Of a stretch of DNA of 64,000 nt, positions 12,601-26,589 are shown in pieces. The stretch lies in assembly GCF_009914755.1 (NCBI RefSeq), contig NC_060943.1; one strand, written 5' to 3'. The first letter of the stretch is position 1; each line of letters opens with the position of its first letter. The position numbers and the translations under genes were made by a program. Below the pieces are notes generated by a model, which was given only the letters and a program-made list of their open reading frames with translations, searched no databases and was not told where the DNA came from. Origin of the DNA: the human T2T-CHM13v2.0 reference genome, Homo sapiens.

Positions 12601-15520
12601 TATTCACATTAAAGTAGACAGCAGCATTCTCAGAAACTTCTTTAGGATGTTTGCAGTAAACTCACAGAGTTGAACCTACCTTTCCGTAGAGCAGTTTTGA
12701 AACACTCTGTTTGTGGGATCCGCAAGTGGATATTTGGACCGCTTTGAGACCTTTGCTGGAAATGGGAATATCTTCACATATAAACTAGACAGAAGCATTC
12801 TCAGAAACTTCTTCATGATGTGTGCATTCTCCTCCCGAATTTGAATCTTCCTTTTCATGAAGCAGTTTTGAAACACTCTGTTTGTGCAATCCACAATTGG
12901 ATAATTGGAACGCTTTGATGCCCATGGTAGAAAAGGAAATATCCTCATATAAAAACTAGACAGAAGGATTCACAGAAAATGCTTTGTGATGTGTGCATTC
13001 AAATCACGGAGTTGAATCTTTCTTTTGTCAGAGCAGTTTTGAAACACTGTTACTGTGGAATCTTCCAGCGGACACTTGGAGCGCTTTGAGGGCTATGGTG
13101 GAGAAGGAAATATCTTCACATAAAAACTAGAAAGAAGCATTCTCAGAAACATTTATGTGAAGCGTGCATTCAACTCACAGAGTTGAACCTTCCTTTTGAT
13201 ACAACAGTTTTGAAACACTCTTTGGAACAATTGCAGGTGAATCTTTGGAGCGCTTTGAAGCCTTTGTTGGAAATGGGAATATCTTCACACACAAACTAGC
13301 CAGAAGCATTCCCAGAAACTTCTTTGTGATGTGTGCGTTGAACCCAGAGAGATGAACCTTTCCTTTGATAGAGCAGTTTTGAAACGTGTTTTTGTAAGAT
13401 CGGCAAGCGGATAATTGGCTTCGCTTTGTGTCCTTTGTTGGAAACGGGAATATCTTCTAATAAAAACTAGACAGAAATATTCTCAGAATCTCCTTTGTGA
13501 TGTGGGCATTCAACTAACACAGTTGAACATTTCTTTTCACAGAGCAGTTTTGAAACACTCTTTTGGTAGAATCTGCCAGTGGATATTTGGAGCGCTTGGA
13601 GGGCTATTGTGCCAATGGAAACATCTGCCCCTGAAAACTAGACAGAAGCATTCTCAGAAACTACTTCGTGATGTCTGCATTCAACACACAGAGTTGAACA
13701 TACCTCTTCACAGAGCAGTTTTGAAAACCTCTTTCTGTAGAATCTGCAAGTGGATATTCGGACCACTTTGAGGCCTTCATAGGAAACAGTAATATCTTCA
13801 CATAAAAACTAGATAGAAGCATTGTCAGAAACTTCTTTGTGATGTGTGAATTCAACTCACAGAGTTGAACCTTCCTTTAATAGAGCAGTTGTGAAACACT
13901 CTTTTTCTAGAATCTGCAAGTAGATATTTGGAGCGCTTTGAGGCCTTCGTTGGAAACCGGAATATCTTCACAGGAAAAGTAGATAGAGGCATTCTCAGAA
14001 ACTTTTTTGTGATATGTAGATTCAACTCACAGCGTTGAACCTTTCTTTGGATGGAGCAGTTTTGAAAAACTCTTTTATCGAATCTGCAGGTAGACATTTG
14101 GGGTGCTTTGAGGGCTGTGGTGCAAAAGGAAATGTCTTCCCATAGAAACTAGACTGAAGCATTCTCAGCAACTTCTTGGTGACGTTTGCATTCATCTCAC
14201 AGTGTTGAACATACCTTTCCATAGAGTGGTTTTGAAACACTGTTTTTGTAGAATCGGCAAGTGGATATTTGGACTGCTTTCAGGCCTTCATCGGAAACGG
14301 GAATATCTTCACATAAACACTAGAGAGAAGCATTCTCAGAAACTTCTTTGTCATCTGTCCATTCAACTCACAGAGTTGAACCTTCCTTTTTATGGAGCAG
14401 TTTTGAAACACTCCTTTTGGAGAATCTGCAAGTGGATATTTGGAGCGCTTTGAGGCCTATGGTAGAAAAAGAAATATCTGCCTCTAAAAACCAGACAGAA
14501 GCATTCCGAGAAACTTCTTTGTGATGTTTGCATTCAACTAGCAGAGTTGAACCTTCCTTTTGATAGGGCAGTTTGGAAACACTCTTTTTGTAGAATCTGC
14601 ATGTGGATATCTGGAGCGGTTTGAGGCCTACGGTCAAAAAGGAAATATCTTCCTGGGAAAAATAGACGAAAGCATTCTCAGAAAGTGCTTTGTGATATGT
14701 GCATTCGACTCACCGAGTTGAAACTTTTTTTTGATAGAGCAGTTTTGAAACACTCTGTAGAATCTGAAAGTGGATATTTGGAGCTCTTTGAGGGCTATGG
14801 CGGAAAAGAAAATATATTCACATTAAAGTAGACAGCAGCATTCTCAGAAACTTCTTTAGGATGTTTGCAGTAAACTCACAGAGTTGAACCTACCTTTCCG
14901 TAGAGCAGTTTTGAAACACTCTGTTTGTGGGATCCGCAAGTGGATATTTGGACCGCTTTGAGACCTTTGCTGGAAATGGGAATATCTTCACATATAAACT
15001 AGACAGAAGCATTCTCAGAAACTTCTTCATGATGTGTGCATTCTCCTCGCGAATTTGAATCTTCCTTTTCATGAAGCAGTTTTGAAACACTCTGTTTGTG
15101 CAATCCACAATTGGATAATTGGAACGCTTTGATGCCCATGGTAGAAAAGGAAATATCCTCATATAAAAACTAGACAGAAGGATTCACAGAAAATGCTTTG
15201 TGATGTGTGCATTCAAATCACGGAGTTGAATCTTTCTTTTGTCAGAGCAGTTTTGAAACACTGTTTCTGTGGAATCTGCCAGCGGACACTTGGAGCGCTT
15301 TGAGGGCTATGGTGGAGAAGGAAATATCTTCCCATAAAAACTAGAAAGAAGCATTCTCAGAAACATTTATGTGAAGCGTGCATTCAACTCACAGAGTTGA
15401 ACCTTCCTTTTGATACAACAGTTTTGAAACACTCTTTTGAACAATTGCAGGTGAATCTTTGGAGCGCTTTGAAGCCTTTGTTGGAAATGGGAATATCTTC
15501 ACACACAAACTAGCCAGAAG
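6665..15520 (+). repeat. Four near-identical adjacent HOR copies (H4-H7): recent local tandem expansion
   Basis: All four share CATTCCC (m1), CTTTGTTGG (m1 box), AAACATCTG (m2), CAGAAACTT and GTTGTGAAAC (m4), TTTCAGG (m6) and CTTCATGATG (m11). The ORF track shows the same variant peptides (LCWK, HLPL, HNCS, IMKK). Confidence 0.9.
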
Positions 15521-18500
15521 CATTCTCAGAAACTTCTTTGTGATGTGTGCGTTGAACCCAGAGAGATGAACCTTTCCTTTGATAGAGCAGTTTTGAAACG
15601 TGTTTTTGTAAGATCGGCAAGCGGATAATTGGCTTCGCTTTGTGTCCTTTGGTGGAAACGGGAATATCTTCTAATAAAAACTAGACAGAAATATTCTCAG
15701 AATCTCCTTTGTGATGTGGGCATTCAACTAACACAGTTGAACATTTCTTTTCACAGAGCAGTTTTGAAACACTCTTTTGGTAGAATCTGCCAGTGGATAC
15801 TTGGAGCGCTTGGAGGGCTATTGTGCCAATGGAAATATCTGCCCCTGAAAACTAGACAGAAGCATTCTCAGAAACTACTTCGTGATGTCTGCATTCAACA
15901 CACAGAGTTGAACATACCTCTTCACAGAGCAGTTTTGAAAACCTCTTTCTGTAGAATCTGCAAGTGGATATTCGGACCACTTTGAGGCCTTCATAGGAAA
16001 CAGTAATATCTTCACATAAAAACTAGATAGAAGCATTGTCAGAAAGTTCTTTGTGATGTGTGAATTCAACTCACAGAGTTGAACCTTCCTTTAATAGAGC
16101 AGTTTTGAAACACTCTTTTTCTAGAATCTGCAAGTAGATATTTGGAGCGCTTTGAGGCCTTCGTTGGAAACCGGAATATCTTCACAGGAAAAGTAGATAG
16201 AGGCATTCTCAGAAACTTTTTTGTGATATGTAGATTCAACTCACAGCGTTGAACCTTTCTTTGGATGGAGCAGTTTTGAAAAACTCTTTTATCGAATCTG
16301 CAGGTAGACATTTGGGGTGCTTTGAGGGCTGTGTTGCAAAAGGAAATGTCTTCCCATAGAAACTAGACTGAAGCATTCTCAGCAACTTCTTGGTGACGTT
16401 TGCATTCATCTCACAGTGTTGAACATACCTTTCCATAGAGTGGTTTTGAAACACGGTTTTTGTAGAATCGGCAAGTGGATATTTGGACTGCTTTGAGGCC
16501 TTCATCGGAAACGGGAATATCTTCACATAAACACTAGAGAGAAGCATTCTCAGAAACTTCTTTGTCATCTGTCCATTCAACTCACAGAGTTGAACCTTCC
16601 TTTTTATGGAGCAGTTTTGAAACACTCCTTTTGGAGAATCTGCAAGTGGATATTTGGAGCGCTTTGAGGCCTATGGTAGAAAAAGAAATATCTGCCTCTA
16701 AAAACCAGACAGAAGCATTCCGAGAAACTTCTTTGTGATGTTTGCATTCAACTAGCAGAGTTGAACCTTCCTTTTGATAGGGCAGTTTGGAAACACTCTT
16801 TTTGTAGAATCTGCATGTGGATATCTGGAGCGGTTTGAGGCCTACGGTCAAAAAGGAAATATCTTCCTGGGAAAAATAGACGAAAGCATTCTCAGAAAGT
16901 GCTTTGTGATATGTGCATTCGACTCACCGAGTTGAAACTTTTTTTTGATAGAGCAGTTTTGAAACACTCTGTAGAATCTGAAAGTGGATAGTTGGAGCTC
17001 TTTGACGGCTATGGCGGAAAAGAAAATATATTCACATTAAAGTAGACAGCAGCATTCTCAGAAACTTCTTTAGGATGTTTGCAGTAAACTCACAGAGTTG
17101 AACCTACCTTTCCGTAGAGCAGTTTTGAAACACTCTGTTTGTGGGATCCGCAAGGGGATATTTGGACCGCTTTGAGACCTTTGCTGGAAATGGGAATATC
17201 TTCACATATAAACTAGACAGAAGCATTCTCAGAAACTTCTTCGTGATGTGTGCATTCTCCTCCCGAATTTGAATCTTCCTTTTCATGAAGCAGTTTTGAA
17301 ACACTCTGTTTGTGCAATCCACAATTGGATAATTGGAACGCTTTGATGCCCATGGTAGAAAAGGAAATATCCTCATATAAAAACTAGACAGAAGGATTCA
17401 CAGAAAATGCTTTGTGATGTGTGCATTCAAATCACGGAGTTGAATCTTTCTTTTGTCAGAGCAGTTTTGAAACACTGTTTCTGTGGAATCTGCCAGCGGA
17501 CACTTGGAGCGCTTTGAGGGCTACGGTGGAGAAGGAAATATCTTCCCATAAAAACTAGAAAGAAGCATTCTCAGAAACATTTATGTGAAGCGTGCATTCA
17601 ACTCACAGAGTTGAACCTTCCTTTTGATACAACAGTTTTGAAACACTCTTTTGAACAATTGCAGGTGAATCTTTGGAGCGCTTTGAAGCCTTTGTTGGAA
17701 ATGGGAATATCTTCACACACAAACTAGCCAGAAGCATTCTCAGAAACTTCTTTGTGATGTGCGCATTGAACCCAGAGAGATGAACCTTTCCTTTGATAGA
17801 GCAGTTTTGAAACGTGTTTTTGTAAGATCGGCAAGCGGATAATTGGCTTCGCTTTGTGTCCTTTGGTGGAAACGGGAATATCTTCTAATAAAAACTAGAC
17901 AGAAATATTCTCAGAATCTCCTTTGTGATGTGGGCATTCAACTAACACAGTTGAACATTTCTTTTCACAGAGCAGTTTTGAAACACTCTTTTGGTAGAAT
18001 CTGCCAGTGGATATTTGGAGCGCTTGGAGGGCTATTGTGCCAATGGAAATATCTGCCCCTGAAAACTAGACAGAAGCATTCTCAGAAACTACTTCGTGAT
18101 GTCTGCATTCAACACACAGAGTTGAACATACCTCTTCACAGAGCAGTTTTGAAAACCTCTTTCTGTAGAATCTGCAAGTGGATATTCGGACCACTTTGAG
18201 GCCTTCATAGGAAACAGTAATATCTTCACATAAAAACTAGATAGAAGCATTGTCAGAAAGTTCTTTGTGATGTGTGAATTCAACTCACAGAGTTGAACCT
18301 TCCTTTAATAGAGCAGTTTTGAAACACTCTTTTTCTAGAATCTGCAAGTAGATATTTGGAGCGCTTTGAGGCCTTCGTTGGAAACCGGAATATCTTCACA
18401 GGAAAAGTAGATAGAGGCATTCTCAGAAACTTTTTTGTGATATGTAGATTCAACTCACAGCGTTGAACCTTTCTTTGGATGGAGCAGTTTTGAAAAACTC

Positions 18501-21500
18501 TTTTATCGAATCTGCAGGTAGACATTCGGGGTGCTTTGAGGGCTGTGGTGCAAAAGGAAATGTCTTCCCATAGAAACTAGACTGAAGCATTCTCAGCAAC
18601 TTCTTGGTGACGTTTGCATTCATCTCACAGTGTTGAACATACCTTTCCATAGAGTGGTTTTGAAACACTGTTTTTGTAGAATCGGCAAGTGGATATTTGG
18701 ACTGCTTTCAGGCCTTCATCGGAAACGGGAATATCTTCACATAAACACTAGAGAGAAGCATTCTCAGAAACTTCTTTGTCATCTGTCCATTCAACTCACA
18801 GAGTTGAACCTTCCTTTTTATGGAGCAGTTTTGAAACACTCCTTTTGGAGAATCTGCAAATGGATATTTGGAGCGCTTTGAGGCCTATGGTAGAAAAAGA
18901 AATATCTGCCTCTAAAAACCAGACAGAAGCATTCCGAGAAACTTCTTTGTGATGTTTGCATTCAACTAGCAGAGTTGAACCTTCCTTTTGATAGGGCAGT
19001 TTGGAAACACTCTTTTTGTAGAATCTGCATGTGGATATCTGGAGCGGTTTGAGGCCTACGGTCAAAAAGGAAATATCTTCCTGGGAAAAATAGACGAAAG
19101 CATTCTCAGAAAGTGCTTTGTGATATGTGCATTCGACTCACCGAGTTGAAACCTTTTTTTGATAGAGCAGTTTTGAAACACTCTGTAGAATCTGAAAGTG
19201 GATATTTGGAGCTCTTTGAGGGCTATGGCGGAAATGAAAATATATTCACATTAAAGTAGACAGCAGCATTCTCAGAAACTTCTTTAGGATGTTTGCAGTA
19301 AACTCACAGAGTTGAACCTACCTTTCCGTAGAGCAGTTTTGAAACACTCTGTTTGTGGGATCCGCAAGTGGATATTTGGACCGCTTTGAGACCTTTGCTG
19401 GAAATGGGAATATCTTCACATATAAACTAGACAGAAGCATTCTCAGAAACTTCTTCGTGATGTGTGCATTCTCCTCGCGAATTTGAATCTTCCTTTTCAT
19501 GAAGCAGTTTTGAAACACTCTGTTTGTGCAATCCACAATTGGATAATTGGAACGCTTTGATGCCCATGGTAGAAAAGGAAATATCCTCATATAAAAACTA
19601 GACAGAAGGATTCACAGAAAATGCTTTGTGATGTGTGCATTCAAATCACGGAGTTGAATCTTTCTTTTGTCAGAGCAGTTTTGAAACACTGTTTCTGTGG
19701 AATCTGCCAGCGGACACTTGGAGCGCTTTGAGGGCTATGGTTGAGAAGGAAATATCTTCCATAAAAACTAGAAAGAAGCATTCTCAGAAACATTTATGTG
19801 AAGCGTGCATTCAACTCACAGAGTTGAACCTTCCTTTTGATACAACAGTTTTGAAACACTCTTTGGAACAATTGCAGGTGAATCTTTGGAGCGCTTTGAA
19901 GCCTTTGTTGCAAATGGGAATATCTTCACACACAAACTAGCCAGAAGCATTCTCAGAAACTTCTTTGTGATGTGTGCGTTGAACCCAGAGAGATGAACCT
20001 TTCCTTTGATAGAGCAGTTTTGAAGCGTGTTTTTGTAAGATCGGCAAGTGGATAATTGGCTTCGCTTTGTGTCCCTTGGTGGAAACGGGAATATCTTCTA
20101 ATAAAAACTAGACAGAAATATTCTCAGAATCTCCTTTGTGATATGGGCATTCAACTAACACAGTTGAACATTTCTTTTCACAGAGCAGTTTTGAAACACT
20201 CTTTTGGTAGAATCTGCCAGTGGATATTTGGAGCGCTTGGAGGGCTATTGTGCCAATGGAAATATCTGCCCCTGAAAACTAGACAGAAGCATTCTCAGAA
20301 ACTACTTCGTGATGTTTGCATTCAACACACAGAGTTGAACATACCTCTTCACAGAGCAGTTTTGAAAACCTCTTTCTGTAGAATCTGCAAGTGGATATTC
20401 GGACCACTTTGAGGCCTTCATAGGAAACAGTAATATCTTCACATAAAAACTAGATAGAAGCATTGTCAGAAAGTTCTTTGTGATGTGTGAATTCAACTCA
20501 CAGAGTTGAACCTTCCTTTAATAGAGCAGTTTTGAAACACTCTTTTTTTAGAATCTGCAAGTAGATATTTCGAGCGCTTTGAGGCCTTCGTTGGAAACCG
20601 GAATATCTTCACAGGAAAAGTAGATAGAGGCATTCTCAGAAACTTTTTTGTGATATGTAGATTCAACTCACAGCGTTGAACCTTTCTTTGGATGGAGTAG
20701 TTTTGAAAAACTCTTTTATCGAATCTGCAGGTAGACATTTGGGGTGCTTTGAGGGCTGTGGTGCAAAAGGAAATGTCTTCCCATAGAAACTAGACTGAAG
20801 CATTCTCAGCAACTTCTTGGTGACGTTTGCATGCATCTCACAGTGTTGAACATACCTTTCCATAGAGTGGTTTTGAAACACTGTTTTTGTAGAATCGGCA
20901 AGTGGATATTTGGACTGCTTTGAGGCCTTCATCGGAAACGGGAATATCTTCACATAAACACTAGAGAGAAGCATTCTCAGAAACTTCTTTGTCATCTGTC
21001 CATTCAACTCACAGAGTTGAACCTTCCTTTTTATGGAGCAGTTTTGAAACACTCCTTTTGGAGAATCTGCAAGTGGATATTTGGAGCGCTTTGAGGCCTA
21101 TGGTAGAAAAAGAAATATCTGCCTCTAAAAACCAGACAGAAGCATTTCGAGAAACTTCTTTGTGATGTTTGCATTCAACTAGCAGAGTTGAACCTTCCTT
21201 TTGATAGGGCAGTTTGGAAACACTCTTTTTGTAGAATCTGCATGTGGATATCTGGAGCGGTTTGAGGCCTACGGTCAAAAAGGAAATATCTTCCTGGGAA
21301 AAATAGACGAAAGCATTCTCAGAAAGTGCTTTGTGATATGTGCATTCGACTCACCGAGTTGAAACCTTTTTTTGATAGAGCAGTTTTGAAACACTCTGTA
21401 GAATCTGAAAGTGGATATTTGGAGCTCTTTGAGGGCTATGGCGGAAATGAAAATATATTCACATTAAAGTAGACAGCAGCATTCTCAGAAACTTCTTTAG

Positions 21501-23140
21501 GATGTTTGCAGTAAACTCACAGAGTTGAACCTACCTTTCCGTAGAGCAGTTTTGAAACACTCTGTTTGTGGGATCCGCAAGTGGATATTTGGACCGCTTT
21601 GAGACCTTTGCTGGAAATGGGAATATCTTCACATATAAACTAGACAGAAGCATTCTCAGAAACTTCTTCGTGATGTGTGCATTCTCCTCCCGAATTTGAA
21701 TCTTCCTTTTCATGAAGCAGTTTTGAAACACTCTGTTTGTGCAATCCACAATTGGATAATTGGAACGCTTTGATGCCCATGGTAGAAAAGGAAATATCCT
21801 CATATAAAAACTAGACAGAAGGATTCACAGAAAATGCTTTGTGATGTGTGCATTCAAATCACGGAGTTGAATCTTTCTTTTGTCAGAGCAGTTTTGAAAC
21901 ACTGTTTCTGTGGAATCTGCCAGCGGACACTTGGAGCGCTTTGAGGGCTATGGTGGAGAAGGAAATATCTTCCCATAAAAACTAGAAAGAAGCATTCTCA
22001 GAAACATTTATGTGAAGCGTGCATTCAACTCACAGAGTTGAACCTTCCTTTTGATACAACAGTTTTGAAACACTCTTTGGAACAATTGCAGGTGAATCTT
22101 TGGAGCGCTTTGAAGCCTTTGTTGCAAATGGGAATATCTTCACACACAAACTAGCCAGAAGCATTCTCAGAAACTTCTTTGTGATGTGTGCGTTGAACCC
22201 AGAGAGATGAACCTTTCCTTTGATAGAGCAGTTTTGAAACGTGTTTTTGTAAGATCGGCAAGCAGATAATTGGCTTCGCTTTGTGTCCTTTGGTGGAAAC
22301 GGGAATATCTTCTAATAAAAACTAGACAGAAATATTCTCAGAATCTCCTTTGTGATGTGGGCATTCAACTAACACAGTTGAACATTTCTTTTCACAGAGC
22401 AGTTTTGAAACACTCTTTTGGTAGAATCTGCCAGTGGATATTTGGAGCGCTTGGAGGGCTATTGTGCCAATGGAAATATCTGCCCCTGAAAACTAGACAG
22501 AAGCATTCTCAGAAACTACTTCGTGATGTCTGCATTCAACACACAGAGTTGAACATACCTCTTCACAGAGCAGTTTTGAAAACCTCTTTCTGTAGAATCT
22601 GCAAGTGGATATTCGGACCACTTTGAGGCCTTCATAGGAAACAGTAATATCTTCACATAAAAACTAGATAGAAGCATTGTCAGAAAGTTCTTTGTGATGT
22701 GTGAATTCAACTCACAGAGTTGAACCTTCCTTTAATAGAGCAGTTTTGAAACACTCTTTTTCTAGAATCTGCAAGTAGATATTTGGAGCGCTTTGAGGCC
22801 TTCGTTGGAAACCGGAATATCTTCACAGGAAAAGTAGATAGAGGCATTCTCAGAAACTTTTTTGTGATATGTAGATTCAACTCACAGCCTTGAACCTTTC
22901 TTTGGATGGAGCAGTTTTGAAAAACTCTTTTATCGAATCTGCAGGTAGACATTTGGGGTGCTTTGAGGGCTGTGGTGCAAAAGGAAATGTCTTCCCATAG
23001 AAACTAGACTGAAGCATTCTCAGCAACTTCTTGGTGACGTTTGCATTCATCTCACAGTGTTGAACATACCTTTCCATAGAGTGGTTTTGAAACACTGTTT
23101 TTGTAGAATCGGCAAGTGGATATTTGGACTGCTTTGAGGC

Positions 23141-23157
23141 CTTCGTCGGAAACGGGA
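23141..23157 (+). other. Intact CENP-B box core motif in monomer 6 of H11
   Basis: CTTCGTCGGAAACGGGA matches all nine core positions of NTTCGNNNNANNCGGGN. It has G at 23145 where other copies have A. Confidence 0.9.
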
Positions 23158-26100
23158 ATATCTTCACATAAACACTAGAGAGAAGCATTCTCAGAAACTT
23201 CTTTGTCATCTGTCCATTCAACTCACAGAGTTGTACCTTCCTTTTTATGGAGCAGTTTTGAAACACTCCTTTTGGAGAATCTGCAAGTGGATATTTGGAG
23301 CGCTTTGAGGCCTATGGTAGAAAAAGAAATATCTGCCTCTAAAAACCAGACAGAAGCATTCCGAGAAACTTCTTTGTGATGTTTGCATTCAACTAGCAGA
23401 GTTGAACCTTCCTTTTGATAGGGCAGTTTGGAAACACTCTTTTTGTAGAATCTGCATGTGGATATCTGGAGCGGTTTGAGGCCTACGGTCAAAAAGGAAA
23501 TATCTTCCTGGGAAAAATAGACGAAAGCATTCTCAGAAAGTGCTTTGTGATATGTGCATTCGACTCACCGAGTTGAAACTTTTTTTTGATAGAGCAGTTT
23601 TGAAACACTCTGTAGAATCTGAAAGTGGATAGTTGGAGCTCTTTGACGGCTATGGCGGAAAAGAAAATATATTCACATTAAAGTAGACAGCAGCATTCTC
23701 AGAAACTTCTTTAGGATGTTTGCAGTAAACTCACAGAGTTGAACCTACCTTTCCGTAGAGCAGTTTTGAAACACTCTGTTTGTGGGATCCGCAAGGGGAT
23801 ATTTGGACCGCTTTGAGACCTTTGCTGGAAATGGGAATATCTTCACATATAAACTAGACAGAAGCATTCTCAGAAACTTCTTCGTGATGTGTGCATTCTC
23901 CTCCCGAATTTGAATCTTCCTTTTCATGAAGCAGTTTTGAAACACTCTGTTTGTGCAATCCACAATTGGATAATTGGAACGCTTTGATGCCCATGGTAGA
24001 AAAGGAAATATCCTCATATAAAAACTAGACAGAAGGATTCACAGAAAATGCTTTGTGATGTGTGCATTCAAATCACGGAGTTGAATCTTTCTTTTGTCAG
24101 AGCAGTTTTGAAACACTGTTTCTGTGGAATCTGCCAGCGGACACTTGGAGCGCTTTGAGGGCTACGGTGGAGAAGGAAATATCTTCCCATAAAAACTAGA
24201 AAGAAGCATTCTCAGAAACATTTATGTGAAGCGTGCATTCAACTCACAGAGTTGAACCTTCCTTTTGATACAACAGTTTTGAAACACTCTTTTGAACAAT
24301 TGCAGGTGAATCTTTGGAGCGCTTTGAAGCCTTTGTTGGAAATGGGAATATCTTCACACACAAACTAGCCAGAAGCATTCTCAGAAACTTCTTTGTGATG
24401 TGTGCGTTGAACCCAGAGAGATGAACCTTTCCTTTGATAGAGCAGTTTTGAAACGTGTTTTTGTAAGATCGGCAAGCGGATAATTGGCTTCGCTTTGTGT
24501 CCTTTGGTGGAAACGGGAATATCTTCTAATAAAAACTAGACAGAAATATTCTCAGAATCTCCTTTGTGATGTGGGCATTCAACTAACACAGTTGAACATT
24601 TCTTTTCACAGAGCAGTTTTGAAACACTCTTTTGGTAGAATCTGCCAGTGGATATTTGGAGCGCTTGGAGGGCTATTGTGCCAATGGAAATATCTGCCCC
24701 TGAAAACTAGACAGAAGCATGCTCAGAAACTACTTCGTGATGTCTGCATTCAACACACAGAGTTGAACATACCTCTTCACAGAGCAGTTTTGAAAACCTC
24801 TTTCTGTAGAATCTGCAAGTGGATATTCGGACCACTTTGAGGCCTTCATAGGAAACAGTAATATCTTCACATAAAAACTAGATAGAAGCATTGTCAGAAA
24901 GTTCTTTGTGATGTGTGAATTCAACTCACAGAGTTGAACCTTCCTTTAATAGAGCAGTTTTGAAACACTCTTTTTCTAGAATCTGCAAGTAGATATTTGG
25001 AGCGCTTTGAGGCCTTCGTTGGAAACCGGAATATCTTCACAGGAAAAGTAGATAGAGGCATTCTCAGAAACTTTTTTGTGATATGTAGATTCAACTCACA
25101 GCGTTGAACCTTTCTTTGGATGGAGCAGTTTTGAAAAACTCTTTTATCGAATCTGCAGGTAGACATTTGGGGTGCTTTGAGGGCTGTGGTGCAAAAGGAA
25201 ATGTCTTCCCATAGAAACTAGACTGAAGCATTCTCAGCAACTTCTTGGTGACGTTTGCATTCATCTCACAGTGTTGAACATACCTTTCCATAGAGTGGTC
25301 TTGAAACACTGTTTCTGTAGAATCGGCAAGTGGATATTTGGACTGCTTTGAGGCCTTCATCGGAAACGGGAATATCTTCACATAAACACTAGAGAGAAGC
25401 ATTCTCAGAAACTTCTTTGTGATCTGTCCATTCAACTCACAGAGTTGAACCTTCCTTTTTATGGAGCAGTTTTGAAACACTCCTTTTGGAGAATCTGCAA
25501 GTGGATATTTGGAGCGCTTTGAGGCCTATGGTAGAAAAAGAAATATCTGCCTCTAAAAACCAGACAGAAGCATTCCGAGAAACTTCTTTGTGATGTTTGC
25601 ATTCAACTAGCAGAGTTGAACCTTCCTTTTGATAGGGCAGTTTGGAAACACTCTTTTTGTAGAATCTGCATGTGGATATCTGGAGCGGTTTGAGGCCTAC
25701 GGTCAAAAAGGAAATATCTTCCTGGGAAAAATAGACGAAAGCATTCTCAGAAAGTGCTTTGTGATATGTGCATTCGACTCACCGAGTTGAAACTTTTTTT
25801 TGATAGAGCAGTTTTGAAACACTCTGTAGAATCTGAAAGTGGATAGTTGGAGCTCTTTGACGGCTATGGCGGAAAAGAAAATATATTCACATTAAAGTAG
25901 ACAGCAGCATTCTCAGAAACTTCTTTAGGATGTTTGCAGTAAACTCACAGAGTTGAACCTACCTTTCCGTAGAGCAGTTTTGAAACACTCTGTTTGTGGG
26001 ATCCGCAAGGGGATATTTGGACCGCTTTGAGACCTTTGCTGGAAATGGGAATATCTTCACATATAAACTAGACAGAAGCATTCTCAGAAACTTCTTCGTG

Positions 26101-26589
26101 ATGTGTGCATTCTCCTCCCGAATTTGAATCTTCCTTTTCATGAAGCAGTTTTGAAACACTCTGTTTGTGCAATCCACAATTGGATAATTGGAACGCTTTG
26201 ATGCCCATGGTAGAAAAGGAAATATCCTCATATAAAAACTAGACAGAAGGATTCACAGAAAATGCTTTGTGATGTGTGCATTCAAATCACGGAGTTGAAT
26301 CTTTCTTTTGTCAGAGCAGTTTTGAAACACTGTTTCTGTGGAATCTGCCAGCGGACACTTGGAGCGCTTTGAGGGCTACGGTGGAGAAGGAAATATCTTC
26401 CCATAAAAACTAGAAAGAAGCATTCTCAGAAACATTTATGTGAAGCGTGCATTCAACTCACAGAGTTGAACCTTCCTTTTGATACAACAGTTTTGAAACA
26501 CTCTTTTGAACAATTGCAGGTGAATCTTTGGAGCGCTTTGAAGCCTTTGTTGGAAATGGGAATATCTTCACACACAAACTAGCCAGAAG

